A stretch of DNA of 64,000 nucleotides from Candidatus Cryptobacteroides avistercoris (GCA_017695095.1 JADILW010000066.1:56703-120702), one strand, 5' to 3'. Positions 27,026 through 37,938 are shown, counted from the stretch's first letter. The notes: a model not told the origin generated them from the sequence alone. Program-made: numbers and translations.

Positions 27026-27706
27026 ATGGACAGAAAGTTTTATGCGGTGGTGGTGGCCGGCGGAAGCGGCTCCAGGATGGGCGCCGACGTGCCCAAGCAG
27101 TTTCTCCGGCTGGACGGGAAACCGATTCTGCGCAGGACGCTCGAGAGCTTCATGGAGGCGGCGCCCGACGTGAAGCTGGTCACGGTGCTCCCCAGACGCT
27201 GGATGAAGGAGTGGAAGGAGATGTGTGTGGCCGAGTCCTTCGACTGCCCGCAGACTCTGGTGGCCGGGGGGATGTCGCGCTTCCTTTCGGTGCGCAACGC
27301 CCTCGCCAAGGTGCCCGACGGTGCGGTAGTGGCCATCCACGACGGCGTCCGGCCCTTCGTGGGCCCGGAACTGATTCGCCGCATGCGGGCGATGATGTCG
27401 GAAGAAGTGCGGGCTCTGATACCTGTGGTCCCGGTGGTGGACACTCTGAAGTCGCTCGACCCTTCCGTGCCAGACCCGGTGAGGGCCGATACCGTGGCGG
27501 TCCAGACCCCGCAGATGTTTCTTTCGGAAGACATAAGGAAGGCCTACGGGCAGCCCTACGACCTGTCGTTCACCGACGACGCCTCCGTGGCCGCCAGGGC
27601 GGGAATCCCCGTGGCCACGACTGAAGGCGAAAGGTTCAACATCAAGATAACCACCCGCGAGGACCTGGTCTTCGGGGAGGCTATTCTTTCACTGAGACGG
27701 CCCTGA
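27026..27706 (+). CDS. ispD: 2-C-methyl-D-erythritol 4-phosphate cytidylyltransferase
   Basis: MDRKFYAVVVAGGSGSRMG... (P-loop-like IspD motif). The alternative upstream ATG at 26996 is less likely. Confidence 0.88.
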   Translation: MDRKFYAVVVAGGSGSRMGADVPKQFLRLDGKPILRRTLESFMEAAPDVKLVTVLPRRWMKEWKEMCVAESFDCPQTLVAGGMSRFLSVRNALAKVPDGAVVAIHDGVRPFVGPELIRRMRAMMSEEVRALIPVVPVVDTLKSLDPSVPDPVRADTVAVQTPQMFLSEDIRKAYGQPYDLSFTDDASVAARAGIPVATTEGERFNIKITTREDLVFGEAILSLRRP

Positions 27707-28187
27707 AGGATGTGCTCTTGTAGTCCTTGACCCAGATTTCGCGCTCGAACGACTGGTCGAGGGAGATCATCGTGTCGGTGGACTGCACGTAGGGGATGCG
27801 CTGGATCGTGTTGATCAGGATGTTCATCAGGTGCTCGTTGTCGAAGCAGAACACCTTGAGGAAGAGCGCCGCCTTGCCGGTGATGAAGTGGCATTCCACG
27901 ATCTCGGGGACGTGCTTGAGCGCCGTCACCACCTCGGGATATTTGTTGTCCTCGGAGAGGCATACGCTGATGAACGCGCACACATTGAGCCCCAGGGCTC
28001 CGGGCTTGATGACCATGCGCGAGCCGGAGATGACGCCGTTGCTCTCCATCTTCTTGACTCTCTGATGGACGGCGGCTCCGGAGATGTTGCACTCCCTCGC
28101 AATCTCGAGGAAAGGCATCCTCGCGTTGTTTACAAGAAAGGACAGAATCTTTCTGTCAATCTCGTCGATATGGTAGTTGTTTGACAT
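27681..28187 (-). CDS. Lrp/AsnC family transcriptional regulator
   Basis: 168 aa. N-terminal HTH (IDRKILSFLVNNARMPFLEIARECNISGAAVHQRVKKME) plus a RAM domain. Its 3' end overlaps ispD convergently by 26 nt. Confidence 0.88.
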   Translation of the reverse strand: MSNNYHIDEIDRKILSFLVNNARMPFLEIARECNISGAAVHQRVKKMESNGVISGSRMVIKPGALGLNVCAFISVCLSEDNKYPEVVTALKHVPEIVECHFITGKAALFLKVFCFDNEHLMNILINTIQRIPYVQSTDTMISLDQSFEREIWVKDYKSTSFRAVSVKE

Positions 28188-28202
28188 AATTCCGAATAGG
28201 CT

Positions 28203-30506
28203 TTATTTCTTCCGGCGCCGGTATTTCGGGGAGGTCGGGGTCTGGGTCTCCACTATCTTGCGGCAGTCCTCCTCGGAGAGCGTCGCGGCGTCGCTGTTCC
28301 GGGGCAGCTTGTAGTTCTTGCCGTCGTGCTTGAGGTAGGGCCCGTAGCGGCCGTTGATTATGCTGATTCCCGAATCGGGGAACTCCCTGAGCACCTGGTT
28401 CGCCGCGGGGGCGGAGTCCGCCTTGCGTATGAGTTCGGCGCAGGCTTCGAGGCTGATGGTCAGAGGGTCGGTCCCGCGGGGGATGGACACGTTCTTCTCG
28501 CCGAACTTGATGTAGGGGCCGAAGCGGCCCTTGGTCACTATCACGTCGGTTCCGTCTATCTGGCCGGCGGTGCGGGGCAGGCGGAAGAGTTCAAGCGCGT
28601 CCTCCAGGGTCAGGTTCTCGATGAGCTGGCCCTTGGCGAGGCTGGCCGACTGACGGTCGTCGCCCTCTCCCTTCTGAACGTATGCTCCGTACTGGCCGAA
28701 CTTCGCGACGACGGTCTTGCCGTCGGAGGGGTCCGTGCCGAGCACCTTCTCCACATGGCTGTACTGGCCGTTGCTCAGAGTCTCCTCGACCTTCCTGTGG
28801 AAACCTCCGTAGAACTCGGAGATCAGGGCGTTCCATGCCATCTTGCCTTCGGCTATGCTGTCGAAGTCCTTCTCCACGTTGGCCGTGAAGTCGTAGTCCA
28901 TGATGCCGGGGAAATTCTCCACCAGGTAGTCGGAGACTATCATGCCGATCTCCTGGGGCATCAGCTTGCCCCTCTCGGCCCCGATCGTCTCGCTGCCGGC
29001 GCTCTCGACGACCTTGCCGTCCTTGAGGCGGAAGTTGGTCACGGGCACCTTGCGTCCGGCTATGTCGGATTTCACGAGGTAGCCGCGGCCGGTGGTCAGG
29101 GTGCTGATGGTCGGGGCGTAGGTCGACGGCCTGCCGATTCCGAGTTCCTCCAGCTTCTTCACGAGAGTGGCCTCGGAGTAGCGGTAGGGCGGCTGCGAGA
29201 ACTTGCCTTCGGCGTCGATGCTCAGGGCCCTGATGCTCTCGCCGGCGCTGAGCGTGGGGAGCACCGTGTTGCCGTCGTCCTGGCTCTCGTCGTCGGAGCC
29301 CTCGATGTAGAGCTTGAGGAAACCGTCGAAGAGCACTTCGGCCGCCTGGATGTTGAACTTCTCGCTGCGCCTGTCGGAGGCGACCTTCATGCTGGTGTTG
29401 AGGATGCGGGCGTCCTCCATCTGGGATGCGAGCGTCCTCTTCCATATCAGGCTGTAGAGTTTCTGCTCCTGCGTCGTGCCCTCGATGGAGGTGTTGCCGA
29501 TATATGTCGGGCGTATGGCCTCGTGGGCCTCCTGCGCGCCCTTGGAATGGGTGTGGTACTGCCTGGTGTGGGAGTATCCCTCCCCGAAGTTCTCGCAGAT
29601 GTATTTCCTGGAGGCGTTGAGCGCGAGGTTCGAGAGATTGGTGGAGTCGGTACGCATGTAGGTTATGAGACCGCGCTCGTAGAGGCTCTGGGCGACCCTC
29701 ATGGTCAGGCTGACGGGGAAGTGCAGCTTGCGTGCGGCCTCCTGCTGGAGGGTCGAGGTCGTGAACGGGGGAGCAGGGTGCCTTGTCGCCTCCTTCTTGT
29801 CGATGGAGGCTATGGTGTAGCTTGCCCCTGCGCTGTCGTCGAGGAAGGCCCTTGCGGCCGCGGCGTCGTTGAACCTGGTGTCGAGGACGCCCCTCACCTT
29901 GGTCCCGCCGGCTTCGAACACGCCCTCCACCTTATAGTAGGGGGTGCTGTCGAAGGCTATGATCTCCTTCTCGCGCTCCACCACGAGCCTGAGCGCCACC
30001 GACTGCACTCTTCCGGCGGAGAGTCCGCGCTGTATCTTTCTCCAGAGTATGGGCGAAAGCTCGAAGCCCACGAGACGGTCGAGCACGCGCCGCGCCTGCT
30101 GGGCGTTGACCAGGTTGAGGTCTATCTCCCTGGGGTTCCTGATCGCGTGCTGGATGGCGTCCTTCGTGATTTCGTGGAAAACTATGCGTCTGGTGCGGGA
30201 GCTGTCGAGACCGAGCGTCTCTGACAGGTGCCAGGAGATGGCCTCCCCCTCGCGGTCTTCATCGGACGCGAGCCATACCGTCTCCGCCTGCGCCGCCGCC
30301 TTCTTGAGGTCAGCCACTACTTTCTTCTTGTCGGCCGGAATCACGTACTCCGGCTTGAAACCGTGTTCAACGTCGACGCTGAGCTTGTTGTCCTGCAGGT
30401 CGCGTATATGTCCGAAACTGGATTTCACCACATAGCCGTCGCCAAGAAATTTCTGAATTGTCTTTGCCTTGGCGGGCGACTCCACAATAACTAAATTCCC
30501 CTCCAT
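28203..30506 (-). CDS. topA: DNA topoisomerase I
   Basis: 767 aa. TOPRIM start LVIVESPAKAKTIQKFLG, the active-site Tyr region ITYMRTDS, and C-terminal repeats. Confidence 0.96.
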   Translation of the reverse strand: MEGNLVIVESPAKAKTIQKFLGDGYVVKSSFGHIRDLQDNKLSVDVEHGFKPEYVIPADKKKVVADLKKAAAQAETVWLASDEDREGEAISWHLSETLGLDSSRTRRIVFHEITKDAIQHAIRNPREIDLNLVNAQQARRVLDRLVGFELSPILWRKIQRGLSAGRVQSVALRLVVEREKEIIAFDSTPYYKVEGVFEAGGTKVRGVLDTRFNDAAAARAFLDDSAGASYTIASIDKKEATRHPAPPFTTSTLQQEAARKLHFPVSLTMRVAQSLYERGLITYMRTDSTNLSNLALNASRKYICENFGEGYSHTRQYHTHSKGAQEAHEAIRPTYIGNTSIEGTTQEQKLYSLIWKRTLASQMEDARILNTSMKVASDRRSEKFNIQAAEVLFDGFLKLYIEGSDDESQDDGNTVLPTLSAGESIRALSIDAEGKFSQPPYRYSEATLVKKLEELGIGRPSTYAPTISTLTTGRGYLVKSDIAGRKVPVTNFRLKDGKVVESAGSETIGAERGKLMPQEIGMIVSDYLVENFPGIMDYDFTANVEKDFDSIAEGKMAWNALISEFYGGFHRKVEETLSNGQYSHVEKVLGTDPSDGKTVVAKFGQYGAYVQKGEGDDRQSASLAKGQLIENLTLEDALELFRLPRTAGQIDGTDVIVTKGRFGPYIKFGEKNVSIPRGTDPLTISLEACAELIRKADSAPAANQVLREFPDSGISIINGRYGPYLKHDGKNYKLPRNSDAATLSEEDCRKIVETQTPTSPKYRRRKK

Positions 30507-30573
30507 TGCTTTTCATTACAAATTCATTCTGCAAAGAAAATCACAAACTCGGTAAAATTCAAAATTTAATCGT

Positions 30574-30581
30574 TAATTTTG
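30574..30581 (+). promoter_or_regulatory. -7 box TAATTTTG upstream of the PBP1A gene
   Basis: Exact TAnnTTTG, 44 nt upstream of the ATG at 30625. Confidence 0.35.
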
Positions 30582-30624
30582 TGATTGTTTTGCTTTGGCC
30601 GCCGGCATTCCGCGGCAAAAACAG

Positions 30625-33021
30625 ATGCCGATGAAAGATACAGTCAAGAAGAAGATAATCAAGTGGTTCTGGATAATCGTCGCAGCGCCTTTCGCGATAC
30701 TGATACTCGCCGTCACGCTTGTCGGACTCTTTGCGGAGATCCCCTCTTTCGAAGAGCTTGAACACCCCGACAACAAGCTTGCGACCCAGGTCATAGCCGA
30801 GAACGGCGAAGTCCTGACGACGTTCCACATAGAGAACCGAACCTACGTGTCCTACGAAGAGCTCTCCCCCTATCTGGTGGCGGCGGCGGTGGCCACGGAG
30901 GACGCCCGTTTCTACGAGCATTCCGGAATCGACATGAAGAGTCTCGCCCGCGTGCTCGTGAAGACCATACTCATGCAGGACTCCAGCCAGGGAGGCGGCA
31001 GCACCATCACCCAGCAGCTCGCCAAGACCCTCTATCCGCGCCGCCAGGTCAACAGCAGGATACCCGGCTGGTCGGCGGTGGTGATGGTCCAGACCAAGCT
31101 CAAGGAGTGGATAACCGCGGTGAAGCTCGAGCGCGACTACACGAAGAACGAGATCATGGACATGTACCTGAACTCCATCTTCTTCGGCAGCGGCGCCTAC
31201 GGCGTCAAGGCCGCGTCAGAGACCTTCTTCAGCAAGGAGCCCGCCGACCTCACCGTGGAGGAGGCCGCCCTGCTGGTGGGAATGGTCAACAAGCCCACGC
31301 GCTACAACCCCGTCCTCAACCCCGACTACTCCCTGCAGCGCAGGAACTTCGTCATAGGACAGATGGAGAGGAACGGCTATCTCACAGAGGCCGAGAGGGA
31401 CTCCCTCTGCAACATACCCATACAGCTCCAGTACCAGGTCCTCGACCACAACGCCGGCCTCGCCCCCTATTTCAGGGACATGCTGCGGCGCGACATGAAC
31501 GCCGAGAAGCCCGAGCGCTCCGAGTACCAGTACGCCGAGGACTACGCCCAGGATTCACTCCGCTGGAGGGAGGACCCCATATACGGATGGCTCAACAAGA
31601 ACAGGAAGCCCGACGGGTCGAGCTATGACCTTGACCGCGACGGGCTGCGCATCTACACCACCATCAACTACAAGATGCAGCAGTACGCCGAGGAGGCGGT
31701 CGACGAATACCTCGGAGGCCACCTGCAGCACCTCTTCGACCAGGAGGTGCGCTGGAAGCGCAACAAGCCCTTCGCCAACAGCGTCGACGACAAGACGGCC
31801 GAGATGCTGATGCAGCAGGCGCGTCGCTGGAGCGACCGCTACCGTCTGCAGCACCGCGCCGGCAAGAGCGACGCCGAGATCTACGCCCAGTTCAGCGAGC
31901 CGGCGAGGATGAGGGTGTTCGCATGGAACGATAAGGGATACGTCGACACCACCATGACCCCCGACGACTCCATACGCTACTACAAGTCCATACTCAGATG
32001 CGGATTCGTGGCGATAGAGCCGGGCACCGGACACGTGAAGGCCTATGTCGGCGGACCCGACTACAGATATTTCAAATACGACAACGTGAGCCAGGGCAAG
32101 CGCCAGATCGGCTCCACGGTCAAGCCTTTCCTCTACACCCTGGCCATGCAGGAGGGCATGACCCCCTGCGACAAGGTGGTGAATCTCCCCCAGACCTTCG
32201 TGCTCTACGACGGAACCACCTGGACGCCGCGAAGCACCGACAGGGCCGAGTACATAGGTCAGACGGTCACCCTCCGCTGGGGTCTCTCCAGGAGTTCGAA
32301 CAACATCTCCGCCTACCTGATGAAGGAGTTCGGGCCTTCCGCCCTTGCCGCCATGATGCGCCAGATGGGCATATCCACCCACATCGACGAGGTCTATTCG
32401 CTCTGCGTGGGGCCTGCCGAAGTCAACGTGTTCGACATGGTTTCGGCCTACAACACCTTCCCTTCGCACGGCACCTACGTGTATCCGCAGTATGTCACGA
32501 GAATCACCGACAGCGAAGGCGTGGAGATCGGACGCTATTCGACCCGCAAGCGCGAGGCCATCTCCGAGCAGACCGCCTACCTCATGGTCGACCTCATGAA
32601 GGCCGTGATCAACGAGGGTACGGGCACGCGCCTGCGCTCCGTCTACGGGCTTAAGGGGGAGATTGCCGGCAAGACGGGAACCACCAACGACAACTCCGAC
32701 GGCTGGTTCATAGGCTACACGCCCAACATCACCGCCGGCGTCTGGGTCGGAGGAGAGGACAGGCAGGTGCACTTCAACTCGCTCGCCCTCGGAAGCGGTT
32801 CCAACATGTCGCTGCCCATCTGGGGCATCTGGATGAAGAAATGCCTGGCCGACCCCACGATAGGCTGGTCGGAATTCGACACATTCGCTCCGCCCGCGAC
32901 CGGAGCCCTCACTTTCGACTGTGACACCGAAGGCATATTCCTCGGCGGTTACAGCGAAGACTACGTGGGCTCGGAGTCCGTGACCGGAGCTTCCGAAGAA
33001 GAAGACTATTATTTCAACTAG
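30625..33021 (+). CDS. class A penicillin-binding protein (glycosyltransferase plus transpeptidase)
   Basis: GT51 motifs (ATEDARFYEHSGID, GGSTITQQLAK), then the transpeptidase motifs STVKP (SxxK), SSN (SxN) and KTGT. The start is chosen at the first ATG, since the track ORF begins at an alternative codon. Confidence 0.92.
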   Translation: MPMKDTVKKKIIKWFWIIVAAPFAILILAVTLVGLFAEIPSFEELEHPDNKLATQVIAENGEVLTTFHIENRTYVSYEELSPYLVAAAVATEDARFYEHSGIDMKSLARVLVKTILMQDSSQGGGSTITQQLAKTLYPRRQVNSRIPGWSAVVMVQTKLKEWITAVKLERDYTKNEIMDMYLNSIFFGSGAYGVKAASETFFSKEPADLTVEEAALLVGMVNKPTRYNPVLNPDYSLQRRNFVIGQMERNGYLTEAERDSLCNIPIQLQYQVLDHNAGLAPYFRDMLRRDMNAEKPERSEYQYAEDYAQDSLRWREDPIYGWLNKNRKPDGSSYDLDRDGLRIYTTINYKMQQYAEEAVDEYLGGHLQHLFDQEVRWKRNKPFANSVDDKTAEMLMQQARRWSDRYRLQHRAGKSDAEIYAQFSEPARMRVFAWNDKGYVDTTMTPDDSIRYYKSILRCGFVAIEPGTGHVKAYVGGPDYRYFKYDNVSQGKRQIGSTVKPFLYTLAMQEGMTPCDKVVNLPQTFVLYDGTTWTPRSTDRAEYIGQTVTLRWGLSRSSNNISAYLMKEFGPSALAAMMRQMGISTHIDEVYSLCVGPAEVNVFDMVSAYNTFPSHGTYVYPQYVTRITDSEGVEIGRYSTRKREAISEQTAYLMVDLMKAVINEGTGTRLRSVYGLKGEIAGKTGTTNDNSDGWFIGYTPNITAGVWVGGEDRQVHFNSLALGSGSNMSLPIWGIWMKKCLADPTIGWSEFDTFAPPATGALTFDCDTEGIFLGGYSEDYVGSESVTGASEEEDYYFN

Positions 33022-33025
33022 CAGT

Positions 33026-34042
33026 ATGAGCAGATATCGTTCAATCGCAGTCATCTACGGAAGCGACACTTCCGAGTCGGAGGTGTCCTGCCGCAGCGGT
33101 GAGTTCGTGTCCTCACGCATCGACGGAAACAAGTACGACATCTATGAGATCTTCGCCCGCTTCGGCAGGTGGTCTCTCGTCGCCTGCAGAAAACGCAGTT
33201 CCATGAAGGTCACCTTCCCCGAAGGCGCACGTCCGGAGGTCGACAAGAACGACTTCTCCGTCAACGTGCTCGGAGAGAAGGTGAAGTTCGACTTCGCATA
33301 CATCGTCCAGCACGGCGCCCCCGGCGAAAACGGCCTGCTTCAGGGCTATCTGGAGATGCTGGGCGTGCCTTTCAGCACCTGCAGCGCCTATGTCAGCACC
33401 ATAGCCTTCGACAAATACGCATGCAAGAGCTACCTGCGCGGAATGGGAGGGGTCAGGTTCGCCCCCGACGCCTTCGTCAGGGAGGGCATGGACCTGGAGA
33501 AGTTTGTCGGGGAGGCTTCGTCGAAGCTTCGTTTCCCCGTGTTCGTGAAGCCGACCCAGGGCGGGTCCAGCTTCGGCGTGTCCAAGGTCGACAGCCCCGA
33601 CGGGCTGGCCGCGGCGGTGAAGTTCGCCTTCTCGGAAGGAGCCTCAGTGCTCGTGGAGCAGGGTGTCAGCGGCAGGGAGCTCACGGTGGCGGCATACAGG
33701 ACGAACGGAGAAGTGAAGGCTCTGCCTCCTATCGAGATAGTGACCGACAACGACTACTTCGACTACGATGCCAAGTACAACGGCCACAGCCAGGAGATCT
33801 GTCCGGCACAGCTGAGCCCGGAGATTCTTTCCGAACTCTCCGAGACTACGTGCAGGATATATTCCCACCTCGGCTGCAGGGGCGTGGTGCGCGTCGACTA
33901 CATTCTCGCGGAGGACGGTCTCTACTTCCTTGAAGTCAACACGATACCCGGAATGACGAGCGCCTCCCTCGTGCCCAAGATGGTTGCTGCGGCCGGCATT
34001 GACATGACCGAGTTCCTTTCGGGCATAATCGAAAGCGCGTAG
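33026..34042 (+). CDS. ddl: D-alanine--D-alanine ligase
   Basis: 338 aa ATP-grasp protein. IAVIYGSDTSESEVSCRSG N-terminus and EVNTIPGMT C-terminal motif. Confidence 0.93.
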   Translation: MSRYRSIAVIYGSDTSESEVSCRSGEFVSSRIDGNKYDIYEIFARFGRWSLVACRKRSSMKVTFPEGARPEVDKNDFSVNVLGEKVKFDFAYIVQHGAPGENGLLQGYLEMLGVPFSTCSAYVSTIAFDKYACKSYLRGMGGVRFAPDAFVREGMDLEKFVGEASSKLRFPVFVKPTQGGSSFGVSKVDSPDGLAAAVKFAFSEGASVLVEQGVSGRELTVAAYRTNGEVKALPPIEIVTDNDYFDYDAKYNGHSQEICPAQLSPEILSELSETTCRIYSHLGCRGVVRVDYILAEDGLYFLEVNTIPGMTSASLVPKMVAAAGIDMTEFLSGIIESA

Positions 34043-34908
34043 TGCTGCTCGCGGAGTTCATAAGGGAGTCGGTCCCGGCTCTCGAGAAGCTTTACCCTTC
34101 GCCCGAGGCGAGGGGTTTGGTTTTGATGCTCTGCGAGGAGAGGCTCGGGGTCAGGAGCTACACCCACATAGTCGAACCCCTGTTTGAAATACCTGAGGCC
34201 GCGCTTCCCGGCCTGAAGGCCGGCATGTCCAGACTTGCCGCAGGAGAACCCATACAGTATGTGCTGGGTTACACGGAGTTCTGCGGCAGGAAATTCAAGG
34301 TGGGCCCGTCGGTGCTCATTCCGAGGCCGGAGACCGGGCAGCTGGTCGACGAGGCACTGAAGCTGCTCGCCGCCATGGGCCGTCCGGCAAAGGTGCTTGA
34401 TCTCTGCACCGGCTCGGGCTGCATAGCATGGTCCGTGGCTCTCGGGGCGCCCGGAGTGTCGGTCATTGCCGCGGACATATCCGAACCCGCGCTCGCGCTC
34501 GCCCGCAGCCAGTTCGAAGATGTCTCCTCCGGCGCGAACGCTCCGGAATTCGTCTGCTCCGACCTGCTCGGCGGCTGCCGGGAGATATGCGGCTGCTTCG
34601 ACCTGCTGCTCTCCAATCCTCCTTATGTGATGGAGAAGGAGAAGGCGGCCATGAGGCGCAACGTGCTGGACCACGAACCCGGAATCGCACTTTTCGTTCC
34701 GGACGACGACCCGCTCCTTTTCTACCGAGCCCTGGCTTCGGTCTCCCTGAGGCTTCTGGATTCTTCCGGAACCGGCATCGTGGAGATCAACGAGGCCCTC
34801 GGACCTGAGACCGCGGCCGTCTTCGAGACTGCGGGATACAAAAAAACGGAAATTCTGCGCGATATTTTCGGAAAAGACCGGTTCGTGCGCTTTTCTTCAC
34901 GGGTCTGA
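34042..34908 (+). CDS. prmC: peptide chain release factor N5-glutamine methyltransferase
   Basis: 288 aa. DLCTGSGCIA SAM motif and NPPY (LLSNPPYV). GTG start overlaps the ddl stop by 1 nt. Confidence 0.88.
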   Translation: MLLAEFIRESVPALEKLYPSPEARGLVLMLCEERLGVRSYTHIVEPLFEIPEAALPGLKAGMSRLAAGEPIQYVLGYTEFCGRKFKVGPSVLIPRPETGQLVDEALKLLAAMGRPAKVLDLCTGSGCIAWSVALGAPGVSVIAADISEPALALARSQFEDVSSGANAPEFVCSDLLGGCREICGCFDLLLSNPPYVMEKEKAAMRRNVLDHEPGIALFVPDDDPLLFYRALASVSLRLLDSSGTGIVEINEALGPETAAVFETAGYKKTEILRDIFGKDRFVRFSSRV

Positions 34909-35024
34909 ATCCGGGCCGCGCCGCCGCCGAAGCCGCTTTTTCGTCACAACTGCCGGTTTTTCGATTTTTAAGCAAAAAATCGGAAAACGGAGGCTTAATT
35001 TGCGCCATACATACGACTCGAACC

Positions 35025-36191
35025 ATGAAAAATTTCATTTTCTTTGCGCTGGCGGCGCTTTCTGCCGTTTCCTGCCTTGAGAAGGCGGACGGTCCGCTTC
35101 CCGACACGGAGACTTCCACGGCCACTCTTTCCGAGGTCGCGGAGATAATGTCGAGGCTTCCCTATGAAGAGGAGCATCTGATGGAGGTCTACAATGCCGT
35201 GGCCTCCTCGTCCGGCAACGGCTATGACGAGGAATACATGATGAGCGACCTGTTCGGGTCGCCAGGCTCCGGGGTGGGAGACAGGCGCCTGGGAACCAGG
35301 GCGCCCTCCTATTCCAGACCTATAAGGGAGCTGTTTGCCGAATATCTTTCCCGGAGAGCCGCCACCAGGGCCGGAGCTGACGGCGCCGAGGAATATATGG
35401 ACTTCCTCTCGGCGTCCGACGTCCAGATATACTGGCCCTATTCCGAAGACTGGGACGGCACGACCCTGCCCGTGATCACCTATGACCCCGGCTACGGAGC
35501 CGAGACCAACCTGGGCTATGTGCTCTCCTATGGCGAAAACGGGGCTGAGGTGGTGGATACCGTGCTGGTGGACGAGGCCATGGCCATGTCGCGCCCCGTA
35601 TGGGTGATCAACCGCAACGACGATTCCGGCTTCACCCCGCTGGAGATGTTCCTGAAGAGCTCGGGCGCCGACCTGGCGCTGAAGCCTGAGCCCGGTCAGT
35701 CCCTGGTGGGCGAAGAAGAGAGCAGGATGCTTTTCATAAAGTCGTTCCAGGCTCTGCGCAACTACGACTCCTGGTTCGGAGGCGCGTCGGAATTCTTCAT
35801 CAAGTGCGGTGCGGTCGACGGCTTCAAGGCGGCCACCGACGCCGAGCTCAAGACCTACACCCCGTCCGTGACCGATTTCATGGTGGTGGTGAAGCGCCGG
35901 CAGGTCGGCAAGATCATTCCTCTCGACGCCCTGCTGCTCACCAGCCTGACTCCTCAGATGGAGAACATAGCGTTTCTGATAACGGAGGACGACGGAGGCA
36001 AGTCCACGTCGTGGAAGTGCTCCGCCGTCGTGAAATACAATTCGAAATCCTACGGCTTCGAGATAAGCATACCCTACCGCGACAACGACGACATAGTGTG
36101 GAGAGGGCAGCTCTCGCGCTCCTTCTTCGAGGGGAAGGATGAGGTCTCGGGCCGGTTCGGCGACGTGGTCGTCACTTTCGCTCTTCGCTGA
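35025..36191 (+). CDS. hypothetical lipoprotein (388 aa)
   Basis: MKNFIFFALAALSAVSCLEK lipobox. No recognised domain. Its 3' end overlaps the convergent U32 gene by 20 nt. Confidence 0.6.
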   Translation: MKNFIFFALAALSAVSCLEKADGPLPDTETSTATLSEVAEIMSRLPYEEEHLMEVYNAVASSSGNGYDEEYMMSDLFGSPGSGVGDRRLGTRAPSYSRPIRELFAEYLSRRAATRAGADGAEEYMDFLSASDVQIYWPYSEDWDGTTLPVITYDPGYGAETNLGYVLSYGENGAEVVDTVLVDEAMAMSRPVWVINRNDDSGFTPLEMFLKSSGADLALKPEPGQSLVGEEESRMLFIKSFQALRNYDSWFGGASEFFIKCGAVDGFKAATDAELKTYTPSVTDFMVVVKRRQVGKIIPLDALLLTSLTPQMENIAFLITEDDGGKSTSWKCSAVVKYNSKSYGFEISIPYRDNDDIVWRGQLSRSFFEGKDEVSGRFGDVVVTFALR

Positions 36192-37938
36192 CGCTCATCT
36201 CGCAGTCCCTGCAGTTGAAGCTCAGGGTGAGCCTCCTTCCGTTGTTCAGCAGGTAGAGATTTCCGGACGATGCGGCGCCCTGGTGCACCGGACACATCCC
36301 CAGTTCGTAGCGGACGCAGTATTTTGTCCGCATCAGGGGTTCGCCGGGCGTCCGCTTCTCCAATTGTCCCGCCAGTGCGGCGGCGTCCGGTTCCGCTATG
36401 CCGGTCTCAAGCGGAATCTTCCTGCAGGGCAGGGCCTGAAGGTCTTCGGCTATCATCCTCCTGATGCCGTTGATGGTTGAGGCGCTGAGCAGGGGCAGTC
36501 TGCCGCCGGCAGTTTCGATTTCAAGGGAGTCGAGCGAGAAGGCGAAGATTCCTGCGTGCTTCGACAGCTGCTCGTGGAGCATGGCCTTTATCCTGTCGCC
36601 GTTTTCCGCCGTTTCGAGGTCGGTGTGGAAGGTGCTGGCGCTGGTTCTTCCGTCCTGGGTGACGGCTTCGGTCTCGATCACGTATTTCCCGTGTATCCGC
36701 AGTCTCAGCGACACCGGAATCTCCCGGCGGCAGACGGAGGCTTCGACCTGCTTCTCGTAGGCGGTGTCGATGTTGCGGTAGAGCGTCATGCCCTCACGCA
36801 GTCCGGGAACGTTCCTTGCGACTATGCTCGCGCCTTCGCAGACGTCGCCGCGGAAGCCGGTGAGGCCTTCCGGTGTGACGAAGGCGAACCCGTCGCCGTT
36901 GTGCAGCTGGAGACTTTTCTTCGAGGGCCTGAGCTCCACGGTCATGGTCTGCTGCGACGGCCTGCGGAGCCGTATGACCGTGCCCGCCTCCTCCCCGACC
37001 GACTTGGGGGTGTCCATCGAAGACCACCTGCCCCGGCGTCCGTCGAGATAGAGTTCGGTGTAGCCGCGGTTGAAGGTCTTGGCGCTGTCGGGCGTGAATC
37101 CGCACTTCACGCGGCCGAAGGAGGCCCTCGAATAGAGTCCGGGGTGTCTGGCCGTGAGTTCGTTGAGGGCGATGTCGTAGTCGCGCACGACTGTCTTCAC
37201 GTAGGAGAGGTTCTTCAGCCTTCCTTCTATCTTGAAGGAGTTCACCCCGGCTTCCGCCAGGTCCTCCAGCCGGTTGCGGAGATTGTAGTCCTTCAGCGAG
37301 AGCACGGCCTTGTTGCGCAGCAGCACGTGTCCGTCGCCGTCGACGAGGTCATAGAGGGAACGGCAGGCCTGTATGCATTCTCCGCGGTCGGCGCTGCGGC
37401 CGTTGATGTGTTCGGACAGCCGGCACTCTCCGCTGTAGCACACGCAGAGCGCCCCGTGTACGAAGAATTCTATTTCGCAGTTCACCGCCGAGGCAATCTC
37501 CCTGACGGTGCTCAGCGGCAGTTCCCTTTCGAGCACTATCCTCGCACAGCCGAGGGACTCATAGAGCCTGGCCCTTTCGACAGTGCGTATCGCGCACTGG
37601 GTGGAGGCGTGCAGCGGCACGGTGATGTCCTTCCATCCGAAGACGGCCGGGTCCCTGACTATGAATGCGTCGGCTCCGGCCTCCTGGGCCTGGAGCATCT
37701 GGATTCTCGCATCCTCGAGTTCGTCCGGCCGCAGCAGGGTGTTGAAGGTCACGAAAACCCGGGCCCCGAACTGGTGGGCGTGAGCGCAGAGCCGGTGTAT
37801 GTCCTCGATGCTGTTGCCGGCTGCCTTCCTCGCGCCGAAGTCGGGACCTCCGATATATACTGCATCGGCACCGCAGTCGATGGCCGCGATGCCGATTTCA
37901 GCGTTTCTCGCCGGAGCGAGCAGTTCGAGGAACCTCAT
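36172..37938 (-). CDS. peptidase U32 family protein
   Basis: 588 aa. N-terminal MRFLELLAPARNAEIGIAAIDCGADAVYIGG... and a Cys-rich segment (HGALCVCYSGECRLSE) typical of U32/PrtC-like proteins. Confidence 0.85.
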   Translation of the reverse strand: MRFLELLAPARNAEIGIAAIDCGADAVYIGGPDFGARKAAGNSIEDIHRLCAHAHQFGARVFVTFNTLLRPDELEDARIQMLQAQEAGADAFIVRDPAVFGWKDITVPLHASTQCAIRTVERARLYESLGCARIVLERELPLSTVREIASAVNCEIEFFVHGALCVCYSGECRLSEHINGRSADRGECIQACRSLYDLVDGDGHVLLRNKAVLSLKDYNLRNRLEDLAEAGVNSFKIEGRLKNLSYVKTVVRDYDIALNELTARHPGLYSRASFGRVKCGFTPDSAKTFNRGYTELYLDGRRGRWSSMDTPKSVGEEAGTVIRLRRPSQQTMTVELRPSKKSLQLHNGDGFAFVTPEGLTGFRGDVCEGASIVARNVPGLREGMTLYRNIDTAYEKQVEASVCRREIPVSLRLRIHGKYVIETEAVTQDGRTSASTFHTDLETAENGDRIKAMLHEQLSKHAGIFAFSLDSLEIETAGGRLPLLSASTINGIRRMIAEDLQALPCRKIPLETGIAEPDAAALAGQLEKRTPGEPLMRTKYCVRYELGMCPVHQGAASSGNLYLLNNGRRLTLSFNCRDCEMSVSEERK